From NCBI GenBank assembly GCA_964629785.1, contig CAZVRU010000001.1, forward strand, positions 34,018-98,017: 64,000 nt of DNA, in the 5' to 3' direction. Below are positions 25,866-35,257 of the stretch, in pieces. Position 1 is the stretch's first letter, and each line of letters starts with the position of its first letter. The notes under the pieces were generated by a model. The model did no database searches and was not told the DNA's origin. It was given only the letters and a program-made list of their open reading frames with translations. The stretch comes from an uncultured Planctomycetia bacterium (GTDB taxonomy: Bacteria; Omnitrophota; Gorgyraeia; Duberdicusellales; 4484-171). A program made the position numbers and the translations under genes.

Positions 25866-26708
25866 TCAATCGATCCAGTATTTTTCGAATAGATACCACT
25901 GTTCAGGATAACGGGAAATCGCCTGGCCCAGGATCTCCGCGCATTCTTTTAAAAGCTGATTTTCACTTTTCTTTTTTCCCTCCTGGAAAGGTGAAGCAGG
26001 TTCACCGATGATCAGTCTGTAGAACATCCTGTCCTCGCGCACCATAAACACGGGAACGATCCAGGCGCCGGTCCGCGAGGCGATAGCAGCCGGCCCCCTG
26101 GGCATTACACAGGTCCTGCCCAACATATTGACTTTCCGGCCCCGGCCGAAAAAATCACGGTCACCGACAAAAGCCGTCAGTTTGCCGTCCTTCAGGGCCC
26201 GCAGACAATTTTTCAATCCGGCCCCGGTCTGGGCGACTTCCACGCCGCAGATATTGCGCTGATGATTAAAGAAATCGTTAAGTCTGCGGTCCCTGTGCGG
26301 CAAAGCCAGGGCACAGACATCATATCCCAGCACGCTTAAGACCACTGCTCCCAGCTCATAGTTGCCCAGGTGCGCCGAGAGCATGATTATCTTTTCCTTC
26401 CTGGCCAGTAGATCGTCCAGATGATTCAGACCGGTGGCAGTGACATAGCGGTCGATAAAAGATTTATCGATCCCGCTGAAACCGCAGAAATCGACCAGAT
26501 AATAGGCAAAATTATGGATCACCCGGCAGGCCGTCTGTTTCGACTTTTCCCTGTCGTTGATGAGCGGCATTAGATTGGCAGCGACGATATTCACATCTTT
26601 CCGGGCAAAGGTGGTTTTTATCCAGGAAAAAAAATCAGCAACCCGGTAACAAAAGGTCCGTGAGAAACTTTCGGCCAGCCATCTTGCAAACAGGAAAAGA
26701 TAATACAT
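25866..26708 (-). CDS. Lysophospholipid / lipid A-type acyltransferase (LpxL/HtrB/PatA family)
   Basis: 280 aa. SAHLGNYELG catalytic-region pattern (HxxxxE-like), FVGDRDF, and general similarity to lauroyl/myristoyl acyltransferases. Confidence 0.7.
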   Translation of the reverse strand: MYYLFLFARWLAESFSRTFCYRVADFFSWIKTTFARKDVNIVAANLMPLINDREKSKQTACRVIHNFAYYLVDFCGFSGIDKSFIDRYVTATGLNHLDDLLARKEKIIMLSAHLGNYELGAVVLSVLGYDVCALALPHRDRRLNDFFNHQRNICGVEVAQTGAGLKNCLRALKDGKLTAFVGDRDFFGRGRKVNMLGRTCVMPRGPAAIASRTGAWIVPVFMVREDRMFYRLIIGEPASPFQEGKKKSENQLLKECAEILGQAISRYPEQWYLFEKYWID

Positions 26709-26709
26709 T

Positions 26710-27825
26710 TTACTGTAAAAACTTTAGCACTACATTGGCAATACGTAAAGAAGAATCAACTATCGCCTGACGGGTGGCATTTTCTTTCTGGCAAACAAGT
26801 TCTTTCCGGTAGAGAAGGAGTTCGTCCAGGCATCGGGCGACATCACCTGTCTGACGGGCCCTGACCACGGCTTTCTTTTTTTCCAGATACGAGGCATTGA
26901 GCTCTTCCTGCCCGGGAATAGGGTTGACCACTATTGTGGCCATGCCCTTGGCCAGAGCTTCGGACACTGTCAGCCCGCCGCTTTTGGTCACGATAATGTC
27001 GGCAAAATCCATAAGTTTATTGACAAAATCTATATAGCCGAAGATAAAAAACTTTTTCCGGAAAGAATCCTGTTCTTTTTCCAGCCATTTGCGCAGTGCC
27101 GTATTTCTGCCGCAGACCACAATGACCTGAAAAAAACCGTCCAGCCTGTCCAGGACCCTGGCTATTTCCTCTATCGGTCCGATACCCAATCCTCCGCCCA
27201 TAAGCAGGACCGTGGGTATATCGCTGCGGAAAGCAAGCTCGGCAGCGATAATTTCCCGGCTGTGAGCAGTAAGGAATTTAACCGATATGGGAATACCCAG
27301 GACTTTGATCTTTTCTTCCGGTACCCCTTCCTTTATCAGCTTGCTGCGGGCTTCTTCACAGGCGACGATATAAATATCGACTGCGGGATGTATCCAGAAG
27401 CGATGCGGGTAATAATCAGTGACCACGGCGATCAAAGGGATGGTCACGTTATGATACTTTTTAAAATCGGCGATAATACCGCAGGGAAATGCCTGAGTGG
27501 CAACGATCACCTCCGGTTTATATTCGAAAAGCAGACGGGATATCCTGAACATGCCGACCCGGTTGGCAAAACGGTGCAGCGGATTAAGACCTCTGACAAC
27601 GCCTTTGCGGTCGTATAATGATCCCCAGAGAGCGGGGAAATGCTTGATTGTCTGGGTATAAAAGAAATTTACTACTTTTTCGGTGCGGGGGGTGATATAA
27701 CCGAACCCGTTGACCTCACGCACTTTTATATCGGCAGCGCGGTAGCGCAGGGCCTCGGCAATATTTTCACTGGCCTTTTTGTGGCCGCCGAATTGAGAAA
27801 TATGAAGGATAAGGACCCTGCTCAT
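26710..27825 (-). CDS. MGDG-synthase / UgtP-like diacylglycerol glycosyltransferase (GT28-type)
   Basis: 371 aa. N-terminal ILHISQFGGHKKASENIAEAL resembles the MGDG_synth N-domain. C-terminal TKSGGLTVSEALAKGMA matches the GT-B C-domain. Confidence 0.75.
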   Translation of the reverse strand: MSRVLILHISQFGGHKKASENIAEALRYRAADIKVREVNGFGYITPRTEKVVNFFYTQTIKHFPALWGSLYDRKGVVRGLNPLHRFANRVGMFRISRLLFEYKPEVIVATQAFPCGIIADFKKYHNVTIPLIAVVTDYYPHRFWIHPAVDIYIVACEEARSKLIKEGVPEEKIKVLGIPISVKFLTAHSREIIAAELAFRSDIPTVLLMGGGLGIGPIEEIARVLDRLDGFFQVIVVCGRNTALRKWLEKEQDSFRKKFFIFGYIDFVNKLMDFADIIVTKSGGLTVSEALAKGMATIVVNPIPGQEELNASYLEKKKAVVRARQTGDVARCLDELLLYRKELVCQKENATRQAIVDSSLRIANVVLKFLQ

Positions 27826-29003
27826 ACGTCTTTCAAGATCAAGCCGGCTTTGCAGAGTGTGAGGAATCCTTTTACCACTGTCGCGTCAAACTGTCTGCCG
27901 CTGTTCGATTTGATTATCTGTACTGCTTTTTGAACCGGAAATGCTTTGCGGTAGGAACGGTCGCTGGTCATGGCGTCAAAAGCGTCAGCCACGGCGATTA
28001 CCGAGGCAATAAGCGGTATCTGTCTGCCTTTAAGTCCTTCCGGATATCCTGTTCCGTCAGGCCGTTCATGATGACAGCGGACTGCCTTGATCACTTCTTT
28101 TAATTCTTTGATCGGCGCGAGGATATCTTCGCCGATAATCGGGTGTTTTTTTATCAGCTCATAATCCCGGTCATTAAGGGGGCTCTTTTTATTGAGTACG
28201 GCTTCCGGCACACCGATCTTACCGATATCATGAAGCAATGCCGCGATCTTAAGATTTTTCACGAACAATTCCCAGTTGGTCACCTTCCTCATTTTGCGCA
28301 ACTGTTCGGCGATCCGCAGCGAATATTCGGAAACACGCTGGGTATGCCCCATGGTATAAGTATCCTTGGCTTCGATCGCCTGGGCCAGGGCCGTAATAGT
28401 CTGAAGAAACAGCTCCTGATTGCGTTCCAGTTGTACACGCAGGTCTTCGAACAATGAGGCATTACGGATAGCCATGGCCACATCAGAAGAAAGGATGGAA
28501 AGAAAAGCCAGTTCTTCGGCACCTAAAGAACCGCCTTTTATCTTTTTGCCCAGAAATACCATTCCCAGGAGTTCATCGCGGAAAAAAATCGGCAGGGCCA
28601 CCCTGGCCTTATACATGATCAACTGATAAAGCAGGCTTTCCAGAAATGTCTTAAGTTCGGCATCGCCCTGTATTTTTTTGGTACGCAATATTTTCTGTAT
28701 CCGTTCGGCAATAAGAAAATTATCTTTCCATAAACGGCGGGCCTGGGTAGTGAAATACCTTACCAGCGGCGAAGAATCGGTGAGTTTGACCAGACCGGTA
28801 GGGATCTTCAGGCCGGCCTCGCCCCGTGAAACAGTAAGCACGTACGACTTACGTTCACGGTCATAAAGAAAAATACCGACATGGGAAACCTTGAGATTTC
28901 TGATGACAGTGCGGATAATAAGTTTTATCAGGGTATCGGTACGATGGATAAGAATCATCCGATGGGCCGCTTTTTCCAGCTCTTTACGGTATGATATTTT
29001 CAT
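27822..29003 (-). CDS. GAF domain plus HD-GYP domain protein (putative c-di-GMP phosphodiesterase)
   Basis: 393 aa. HD-GYP motifs GHTQRV, LLHDIGKIGVP, and HHERPDGTGYP. The N-terminal ~190 aa are GAF-like. Confidence 0.85.
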   Translation of the reverse strand: MKISYRKELEKAAHRMILIHRTDTLIKLIIRTVIRNLKVSHVGIFLYDRERKSYVLTVSRGEAGLKIPTGLVKLTDSSPLVRYFTTQARRLWKDNFLIAERIQKILRTKKIQGDAELKTFLESLLYQLIMYKARVALPIFFRDELLGMVFLGKKIKGGSLGAEELAFLSILSSDVAMAIRNASLFEDLRVQLERNQELFLQTITALAQAIEAKDTYTMGHTQRVSEYSLRIAEQLRKMRKVTNWELFVKNLKIAALLHDIGKIGVPEAVLNKKSPLNDRDYELIKKHPIIGEDILAPIKELKEVIKAVRCHHERPDGTGYPEGLKGRQIPLIASVIAVADAFDAMTSDRSYRKAFPVQKAVQIIKSNSGRQFDATVVKGFLTLCKAGLILKDV

Positions 29004-29015
29004 CTGGTTAAGGGA

Positions 29016-29381
29016 TTACTGGCCGGGCTGCAGATACTGACTGATAATCGAATCCAGCATTTCCAGTTCGATCGGTTTGACTAGATAATCATCAGCTCCC
29101 AGTTTCTTGGCCCGCATGATCGCCGGCTTATCTTCCCGGGCAGTGATCATTATCACCTTGGCGTCACTGTCGTTTTCACGGATCTTTTCCAGGACAAAAA
29201 ATCCGTCCTCACCGGGCATTCGCACATCGAGAAGCACAAGATGCGGACGTTCTTTTCCGAACATCTCCAGGGCCTGACGGGCATTGGTTGCCGTAAACAC
29301 TTCCGCGCCTTTGCGCCTGAGAAAATTCTTTAAAAAAGCAACGACCTCTACTTCATCGTCGACAGCAAGAACTTTTACCAT
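29016..29381 (-). CDS. Stand-alone response-regulator receiver domain (CheY-like)
   Basis: 121 aa. VLAVDDE, LVLLDVRMPGEDG, MITA, and K in DDYLVKP. A GGGAGG Shine-Dalgarno sequence is present. Confidence 0.9.
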   Translation of the reverse strand: MVKVLAVDDEVEVVAFLKNFLRRKGAEVFTATNARQALEMFGKERPHLVLLDVRMPGEDGFFVLEKIRENDSDAKVIMITAREDKPAIMRAKKLGADDYLVKPIELEMLDSIISQYLQPGQ

Positions 29382-29406
29382 TTTGTCCTCCCTTGTTGCA
29401 AAATTT

Positions 29407-29415
29407 ATTATAGCA
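29407..29415 (-). promoter_or_regulatory. Extended -10 promoter for the receiver-to-pcm operon
   Basis: On the minus strand: TGcTATAAT (29415-29407), about 25 nt upstream of the ATG at 29381. No clear -35 element. Confidence 0.4.
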
Positions 29416-29435
29416 TATTTTCGATGTTTTTGTGA

Positions 29436-30680
29436 TTAACTTCTTAAAAAAGAAGGCATTATTTCCGAAAGCGAAGGATGAAGAAAAACCGCCTCCTGCA
29501 GATCGGCAGAAGAGATATTCTGCCGTATGGCCAGGGAAAAAAGGCTTATTAACTCAGCGGCCCGGCGGGAAAGGATTGTCGCCCCCCGCAGTGCCCCTTT
29601 CTCGTCGATAAGGACTTTGACAAACCCCTGAACATCGCCATAAACATGGGCCGAAGAGAACCGGGCAAAGGATGATTGCTTTACCGTGACTTTTATCCCC
29701 TGCTGAGCGGCCTGAGATTCATCCAGCCCCACTCTGGCCAACTGCGGCAGGGTATAGACGCATTCCGGGATACCGCGATACTCGCAGGCTGATTCCCGGC
29801 CGGCAATAGTATTCACGCAGCAGCGGGCCTGATATTCGGCAAGATAAGCATACATCTTTTCGGATGCGACATCGCCGCAGGCAAATATATGGGGAACCTC
29901 GCTGCGCATCAACCTGTCCACTTTTATCCGGCCGGCGGCATCGGGAGTTATACCGGCTGCGGAAAGTTTAAGGTCCTTTACCACCGATTTTCTGCCGGCA
30001 GCCAAAAGAACTATGTCATAGTCGTCCGTCTCTCCCGGCGAGAAACAGGCCGATGTTTTTATCCGGATACCGTCTTTTTCCAGAAGTTGGCGCAGCCGCT
30101 GCACGAGCCGCTGGTCGAATCCGGAAAGGATACGATCTTCTTTTTCCATCACCGTTACTGCACGGCCCAATCGCTTTAAAAGGCAGGCTATCTCCATACC
30201 GATGGCCCCGCCCCCGACGATACCCACCCGCTGAGGGATATCCGGCAGGGAAAATATTTCTTCGGCAAAAAATATCTTTTTCCTGTCCGGAAGACAGGGA
30301 GCCACAGGCAGCGAACCTGTAGCTATAAGGATATTGGTTGCCTCGATCTTTTTTGAATCGACGACAAGGGAACGGGGGCCGCTGAATTCGGCCTGTCCCC
30401 AGACTATATCCAGACCCGCTTGTTTCAGATAAGACAGTACCGCCTTTTTGAACCCGGTTACCAGATCGTCTTTTGCTTTTTTCAGTTCGGAAATCGGAGA
30501 AAGCGCCGCCTGGCTTCTTTCCAGATAGAATTTGGTGGGAATGCACCCTTGGTTAAGGCATACCCCGCCGAAAGAAGGTTTCCCCCTTTCGATCAGGATC
30601 GTTTTAAGTTTTCGGGCCCGAGCCTGTTTTGCGGCTTCGATCCCGGCCGCACCGGCACCGATTATAGCGAGGTCATACAT
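29436..30680 (-). CDS. Class I pyridine nucleotide-disulfide oxidoreductase (dihydrolipoyl dehydrogenase / glutathione reductase-like, short form)
   Basis: 414 aa. IIGAGAAGIEAA, redox-active GGVCLNQGCIPTK, second Rossmann motif VGIVGGGAIGMEIA, and C-terminal HPSLSE. Confidence 0.75.
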   Translation of the reverse strand: MYDLAIIGAGAAGIEAAKQARARKLKTILIERGKPSFGGVCLNQGCIPTKFYLERSQAALSPISELKKAKDDLVTGFKKAVLSYLKQAGLDIVWGQAEFSGPRSLVVDSKKIEATNILIATGSLPVAPCLPDRKKIFFAEEIFSLPDIPQRVGIVGGGAIGMEIACLLKRLGRAVTVMEKEDRILSGFDQRLVQRLRQLLEKDGIRIKTSACFSPGETDDYDIVLLAAGRKSVVKDLKLSAAGITPDAAGRIKVDRLMRSEVPHIFACGDVASEKMYAYLAEYQARCCVNTIAGRESACEYRGIPECVYTLPQLARVGLDESQAAQQGIKVTVKQSSFARFSSAHVYGDVQGFVKVLIDEKGALRGATILSRRAAELISLFSLAIRQNISSADLQEAVFLHPSLSEIMPSFLRS

Positions 30681-31585
30681 TCTTTGAAAAAATTCCTGGC
30701 TTTCAAAAACTCTTTCTTTTCCGCCGGCGACAAGGGCACCTCGATAACCTCGACGATCCCCTGCCGTCCGATCAGACAGGGTACGCCGGCACAGATATCT
30801 TTCACCCCGTATTCGCCTTTGAGCAGAACCGACGCGCAGATGAGATCGTGTCTGTCATGAATTATCGCATCAAGGATGCGCCAGCAGGAAAGGGCCGGAG
30901 CGAAAAAAGCGCTTCCCTTTTTCAAATACCCCACTATCTCCTTGCCCCGCATCTTCACCCGGTCTTTAACCTCTTTTACTTTCTCTTCCGGCAGCAGCTT
31001 TTTCAAAGAGACAGGTCCCACTCCGCTGTGAGCGGCAAGAGGGACCATATCCTTACTGTGCAGGCCCATGACCATGGAATTTATAGCCGAAGGATTAACC
31101 CGGGTCACATTGAAGATCTGATTATCGAAACGGGCCGCATCAAGTGAAGAGCCCATGCCGATAACCCTTTCCCGGGGGAAAGCGGTCTTTTTTCTCACTA
31201 CGTAAGTAATAAAATCCAGGGGGTTGGTGATCACTATGACGATAGCTGCCGGAGCATACTTTCTGATCCAGGCGCTGAGTTCGGATGCTATCCCGGCATT
31301 GGTCCTGGCCAGATCATAACGGGTCATGCCTTCTTTACGGGGCAATCCGGCAGTTATGACCACTATATCGGAATTCTTTATTTTTTGCAGATTTTGCGTA
31401 CCGCTGACCTTAGTGGAAAACCCCAGAAAAGAACGGGTATCTTCCAGATCAAAAGCGATTCCCCGGGCCAGATCACCGGCGATATCCACAAGCACCAGTT
31501 GTTCCAGGTTGAAATGAGCCAGAGCCTGATAGGCCACATGACTGCCCACTGCCCCGGCGCCGATCACTGATATCTTTTTCACCAT
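30662..31585 (-). CDS. mdh: Malate dehydrogenase (LDH-like family)
   Basis: MVKKISVIGAGAVGSHVAY... GLPRKEGMTRYDL carries the Arg typical of malate specificity. The start is moved from 31636 to ATG 31585, which has a GAGGGG Shine-Dalgarno sequence. Confidence 0.8.
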   Translation of the reverse strand: MVKKISVIGAGAVGSHVAYQALAHFNLEQLVLVDIAGDLARGIAFDLEDTRSFLGFSTKVSGTQNLQKIKNSDIVVITAGLPRKEGMTRYDLARTNAGIASELSAWIRKYAPAAIVIVITNPLDFITYVVRKKTAFPRERVIGMGSSLDAARFDNQIFNVTRVNPSAINSMVMGLHSKDMVPLAAHSGVGPVSLKKLLPEEKVKEVKDRVKMRGKEIVGYLKKGSAFFAPALSCWRILDAIIHDRHDLICASVLLKGEYGVKDICAGVPCLIGRQGIVEVIEVPLSPAEKKEFLKARNFFKECMTSL

Positions 31586-31628
31586 TCTTTTTCCCCTCTG
31601 CGCACTTCCCTGCGCAGTATCCTTTATT

Positions 31629-31648
31629 CCCCACACGGAAGTGTGGGG
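31629..31648 (-). other. GC-rich stem-loop just downstream of icd
   Basis: CCCCACAC-ggaa-GTGTGGGG: a perfect 8-bp stem with a tetraloop. A second 6-bp hairpin CTGCGC...GCGCAG lies at 31598-31617. There is no T-run. Confidence 0.5.
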
Positions 31649-31671
31649 TGTCTCTCTACTCGCTACTGATC

Positions 31672-32760
31672 CTAACGTTTCGCGTTTATTTTTTCGATGA
31701 TCGCGTCGGTCATCTGAGAAGTGCCCACTGCAGTTGGATCATTACGGTCGGGTTTGAGATCGTAAGTCACTGAAACCCCTTCTTTGATCACTTCATGCAC
31801 AGCCTTTTCCAGAACAGCAGCTTTTTCCATCTCTCCCAGGTAGCGCAGCATCATCACCCCGGAAAGGATCGTCGCTGTAGGGTTGACCTTGTTCATTCCG
31901 GCATATTTAGGCGCCGAACCGTGCACCGGCTCGAAAACCGCGACGTTGTCACCGATATTGGCGCCGGGAGCGACACCCAGTCCGCCTACCAGTCCGGCAC
32001 AGAGATCGGATATAATATCGCCATAAAGATTGGGCAAAACCAGCACGTCGAACAGACCGGGATTCTTCACTGCCTGCATACAGAAATTATCGACGATAAG
32101 ATCGCCTGACTCCAGACCACCATAGTTCCTGGCCACATCCTGAAAAGTATGAAGGAACAGGCCGTCAGTGGCCTTCTGGATATTGGCTTTGTGGATACAG
32201 GTGACTTTTCCGCGTTTCTCGCGTGCTGCCAGATCAAAGGCAAAACGGGCAATATTACGGGACGCGGTCAGCGATATAGGTTTGATGGTGATAGCGCTGT
32301 CTCTGAGGATCTTATTCCCGCTGTATTTTTCGATCATCTCGATCAAGGCCAGAGTATCGGGATGTCCCTGTTCGAACTCAACGCCTTTGTAAAGGTCCTC
32401 GGTATTTTCCCTGACCACAATAATATCGACATTTTCATAACGGGTATTAAGACCGGGAATGCTTTTTGCCGGCCGCAAACAGGCATAGAGATGAAGAGCC
32501 TGACGTATAGCCACATTGATCGAGCGGAAACCGCTGCCCACGGGAGTGGTTATCGGTCCTTTGATCGCGACCTTATTGGCCCGAATCGCCTCCAGGGTCT
32601 CTTCGGGAAGCAATGATTTATGTTTGTTCAGGGCCGGTTCTCCGGCCAGGGCAGTATCCCAGGTAATATCAAGGCCCAGGGCTTCCAGACAACGCTGCAT
32701 GGCCCTGACTATTTCCGGTCCGATACCGTCTCCCGGTATCACTGTTATTCTGTACCCCAT
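31672..32760 (-). CDS. icd: Isocitrate / isopropylmalate dehydrogenase family enzyme (most like NAD-dependent isocitrate dehydrogenase)
   Basis: 362 aa. ITVIPGDGIGPEI, IKGPITTPVG, VRENTEDLY, NLYGDIISDL. Confidence 0.75.
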   Translation of the reverse strand: MGYRITVIPGDGIGPEIVRAMQRCLEALGLDITWDTALAGEPALNKHKSLLPEETLEAIRANKVAIKGPITTPVGSGFRSINVAIRQALHLYACLRPAKSIPGLNTRYENVDIIVVRENTEDLYKGVEFEQGHPDTLALIEMIEKYSGNKILRDSAITIKPISLTASRNIARFAFDLAAREKRGKVTCIHKANIQKATDGLFLHTFQDVARNYGGLESGDLIVDNFCMQAVKNPGLFDVLVLPNLYGDIISDLCAGLVGGLGVAPGANIGDNVAVFEPVHGSAPKYAGMNKVNPTATILSGVMMLRYLGEMEKAAVLEKAVHEVIKEGVSVTYDLKPDRNDPTAVGTSQMTDAIIEKINAKR

Positions 32761-32850
32761 TGATCTCTCCTTTTCTCTAAAGACGACAAGTCAAAAGTAA
32801 ATATCCATGTAATCTATATTTAATCCCTGTAATCAGACTTTCACAGAAAG

Positions 32851-33897
32851 TCAGAGATTCTCGAATTCCACTACATTCTTGACTTTGCTGATCGCCACTT
32901 CACGGGAAATGATCCCCTGTTTATACAGTTCCTTCAGGGATTTATCCATGGTATGCATGCCGTGCTGAGCCCCCATCTGGATCAGTGACGGTATCTGGGC
33001 AACCTCTCCTTCCCGGACCAGATTGCGGATACCGGAAGTGGCCACTAATACTTCGGTGGCCAAAATCCGACCGCTGCCGTCGGCCCGGGGCAGCAGTAAC
33101 TGAGATACTACTCCCTGCAAACAGTCGGCAAGCTGTACTCTTACCTGCTTCTGCTGATGCGGCGGAAATACGTCGATAATACGCTGTACTGTCTGCGGCG
33201 CATCAGGAGTATGCAGAGTGGCCAGTACCAGGTGTCCGGTTTCCGCGGCAGTAAGCGTGGTCTGGATAGTATCCAGATCGCGCATTTCCCCTACCACGAT
33301 CACGTCCGGGTCCTGACGCAGGGCCCGGCGCAGAGCTTCGGGAAAAGAATGCGTATCAGAATAGACCTCTCTCTGTTTGACGATGCTTTTCTTATTGGTA
33401 TGATAAAATTCTATAGGATCTTCTATGCAGATGATCAGTTCCTCTCTCTCGGAATTGATGATATCCAGAAGAGCGGCCAGGGTGGTACTTTTACCCGTGC
33501 CGGTAGGACCGGTCACCAGTACCAGACCATTGGGTTTGCGGATCAGATCATAGACCACGGGCGGGATCCCCAGAGTGTCCAGGCCGGGGATGCTTTGAGG
33601 AATACGGCGCAGCGCCGCTTCCACATTGCCTTTCTGATAATGGATATTGACACGAAAACGGTCCATGCCGGTCACTGAAAAAGAAAAGTCAAGTTCTTTA
33701 TCTTTTTCAAAAATAGCTTTCTGATCGTCGGTCAATATACTGTAAATGAGAGTCTTGGTATCTTCGCTGTCCAGAGGTTCTTCCTCGATCAGTTTCAATT
33801 TGCCGTGGATGCGGAGTACCGGCGGACTGTCGACGGTAATATGCAGGTCACTGGCACCGTCGTCCATGGTCTTTTTCAGCAATGATATCATATCCAT
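32851..33897 (-). CDS. pilT: Type IV pilus retraction ATPase PilT
   Basis: 348 aa. ASDLHITVDSPPVLRIHG, Walker A GPTGTGKSTT, and the PilT signature EDPIEF...HTNKKSIVKQREV, VGEMRD. Confidence 0.9.
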   Translation of the reverse strand: MDMISLLKKTMDDGASDLHITVDSPPVLRIHGKLKLIEEEPLDSEDTKTLIYSILTDDQKAIFEKDKELDFSFSVTGMDRFRVNIHYQKGNVEAALRRIPQSIPGLDTLGIPPVVYDLIRKPNGLVLVTGPTGTGKSTTLAALLDIINSEREELIICIEDPIEFYHTNKKSIVKQREVYSDTHSFPEALRRALRQDPDVIVVGEMRDLDTIQTTLTAAETGHLVLATLHTPDAPQTVQRIIDVFPPHQQKQVRVQLADCLQGVVSQLLLPRADGSGRILATEVLVATSGIRNLVREGEVAQIPSLIQMGAQHGMHTMDKSLKELYKQGIISREVAISKVKNVVEFENL

Positions 33898-33961
33898 GTC
33901 GTTTCCCCCCTTGTATTATATGATTTATGACGATTTATTGTGCACCTCAACCAATTGTACT

Positions 33962-33990
33962 ATCATACCTTTTCACAGGGTTTTATGCAA
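33962..33990 (-). promoter_or_regulatory. sigma70-like promoter for pilT
   Basis: On the minus strand: TTGCAT (33990-33985), 17 nt spacer, TATGAT (33967-33962). Confidence 0.5.
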
Positions 33991-34041
33991 GACAGAAGGA
34001 ACGCCGCTTTGTATAAAAGTTCGATACGGCACTGCCGGAAA

Positions 34042-35220
34042 TCAAAGCGATCGCGTAAATTCACTTATCCGGCGAATGCCGCGCTGGATCGTGTCTCTGT
34101 CCGTGGCAAAACTGATGCGGATATACCCCTGGATACCGAAGCTTTCCGAAGGTATTACAGCCACCTTTTTTTCTTCCAGCAGGCGGGAGGCGAAATCAAC
34201 GGCCGAAAGGCCGGTTTGAGAAATATCGCAAAACACATAAAAAGTGCCTTCCGGGGCTATTGCTTCGACGCGGTCGACCAGGGAAAGCTCTTTGCATGCC
34301 AGGTCGCGGCGGGCCGCGAATTCATTCCTGGCCTGTTCAGTCCATTCAGATCCCTGTTGCAAAGCAGCCAAAGCTCCTTTCTGAGCGAAAGAGACCGTGC
34401 AGGAAGTTGTGTGGTCGAGCATTTTCGAAACCTGTCCGACAACCGCTTCCGGACCGGCCAGATATCCCAGGCGCCAGCCGGTCATGGAATAACTTTTGGA
34501 AAAACCATTGACCGTGACTGTCCTGTCCAGAGCATCTTTATCCAGAGACGCGAAACTGACATGTCGGCGACCGTCAAAAAGTATTTTTTCATAGATCTCA
34601 TCGGCTATTACATAAAGCGAATATTTTTTTATTATTTTCCAGAAGGCAGCCAGCTCTTTACCGGAATAGGTGGCGCCGGTAGGGTTGCAGGGATAATTAA
34701 GGATAAGCACCTTGGATTTAGGAGAAAGTGTTTTTTCCAGAAGCCCGGGAGTCAGCTTAAACCCGTTCTTTTTTTCGCTGACCACGGTTTTCAGCTTTGC
34801 TCCGGCAAGAGTGACCATCGCCGGATAACTGACCCAGTAAGGAGCCGGAAGGATTACTTCGTCATCGTCTGAATCGATCAGGGAAAAAAGGGCCAGAAAA
34901 AGAGCGTACTTGGCACCGGCCGTAACCAGGATCTGTTCGGCAGGATAAGCGATACTGTTTTCTTCTTTTAATTTTCTGGCCAGAGCCTGTCTCAGCTCGA
35001 AAAGTCCGGCAGAGGGAGTATATTTGGTGATGCCCTGTTCCAGCGCATCTATGGCAGCTTTTTTTACAAAAGACGGAGTATCGAAATCAGGTTCGCCGGC
35101 GGCAAAAATGATGACATCCTGGCCTTCATTTTTCATCTTTTTTGCCAGGGCAGTGATCTTTAAAGTAGCGGATTTATGTAAAGCAGTGACTTTCTGATTA
35201 AGAGCCGGATGATGATCCAT
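34042..35220 (-). CDS. PLP-dependent aminotransferase, class I (aspartate aminotransferase-like)
   Basis: 392 aa. GEPDFDTP, YTPSAGL, NYPCNPTG, and SKSYSMTGWRLGY with the PLP-binding Lys. Confidence 0.85.
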   Translation of the reverse strand: MDHHPALNQKVTALHKSATLKITALAKKMKNEGQDVIIFAAGEPDFDTPSFVKKAAIDALEQGITKYTPSAGLFELRQALARKLKEENSIAYPAEQILVTAGAKYALFLALFSLIDSDDDEVILPAPYWVSYPAMVTLAGAKLKTVVSEKKNGFKLTPGLLEKTLSPKSKVLILNYPCNPTGATYSGKELAAFWKIIKKYSLYVIADEIYEKILFDGRRHVSFASLDKDALDRTVTVNGFSKSYSMTGWRLGYLAGPEAVVGQVSKMLDHTTSCTVSFAQKGALAALQQGSEWTEQARNEFAARRDLACKELSLVDRVEAIAPEGTFYVFCDISQTGLSAVDFASRLLEEKKVAVIPSESFGIQGYIRISFATDRDTIQRGIRRISEFTRSL

Positions 35221-35257
35221 TAGTCTCTAAGGATGCCCCTGACTGATAAAAACTTTC

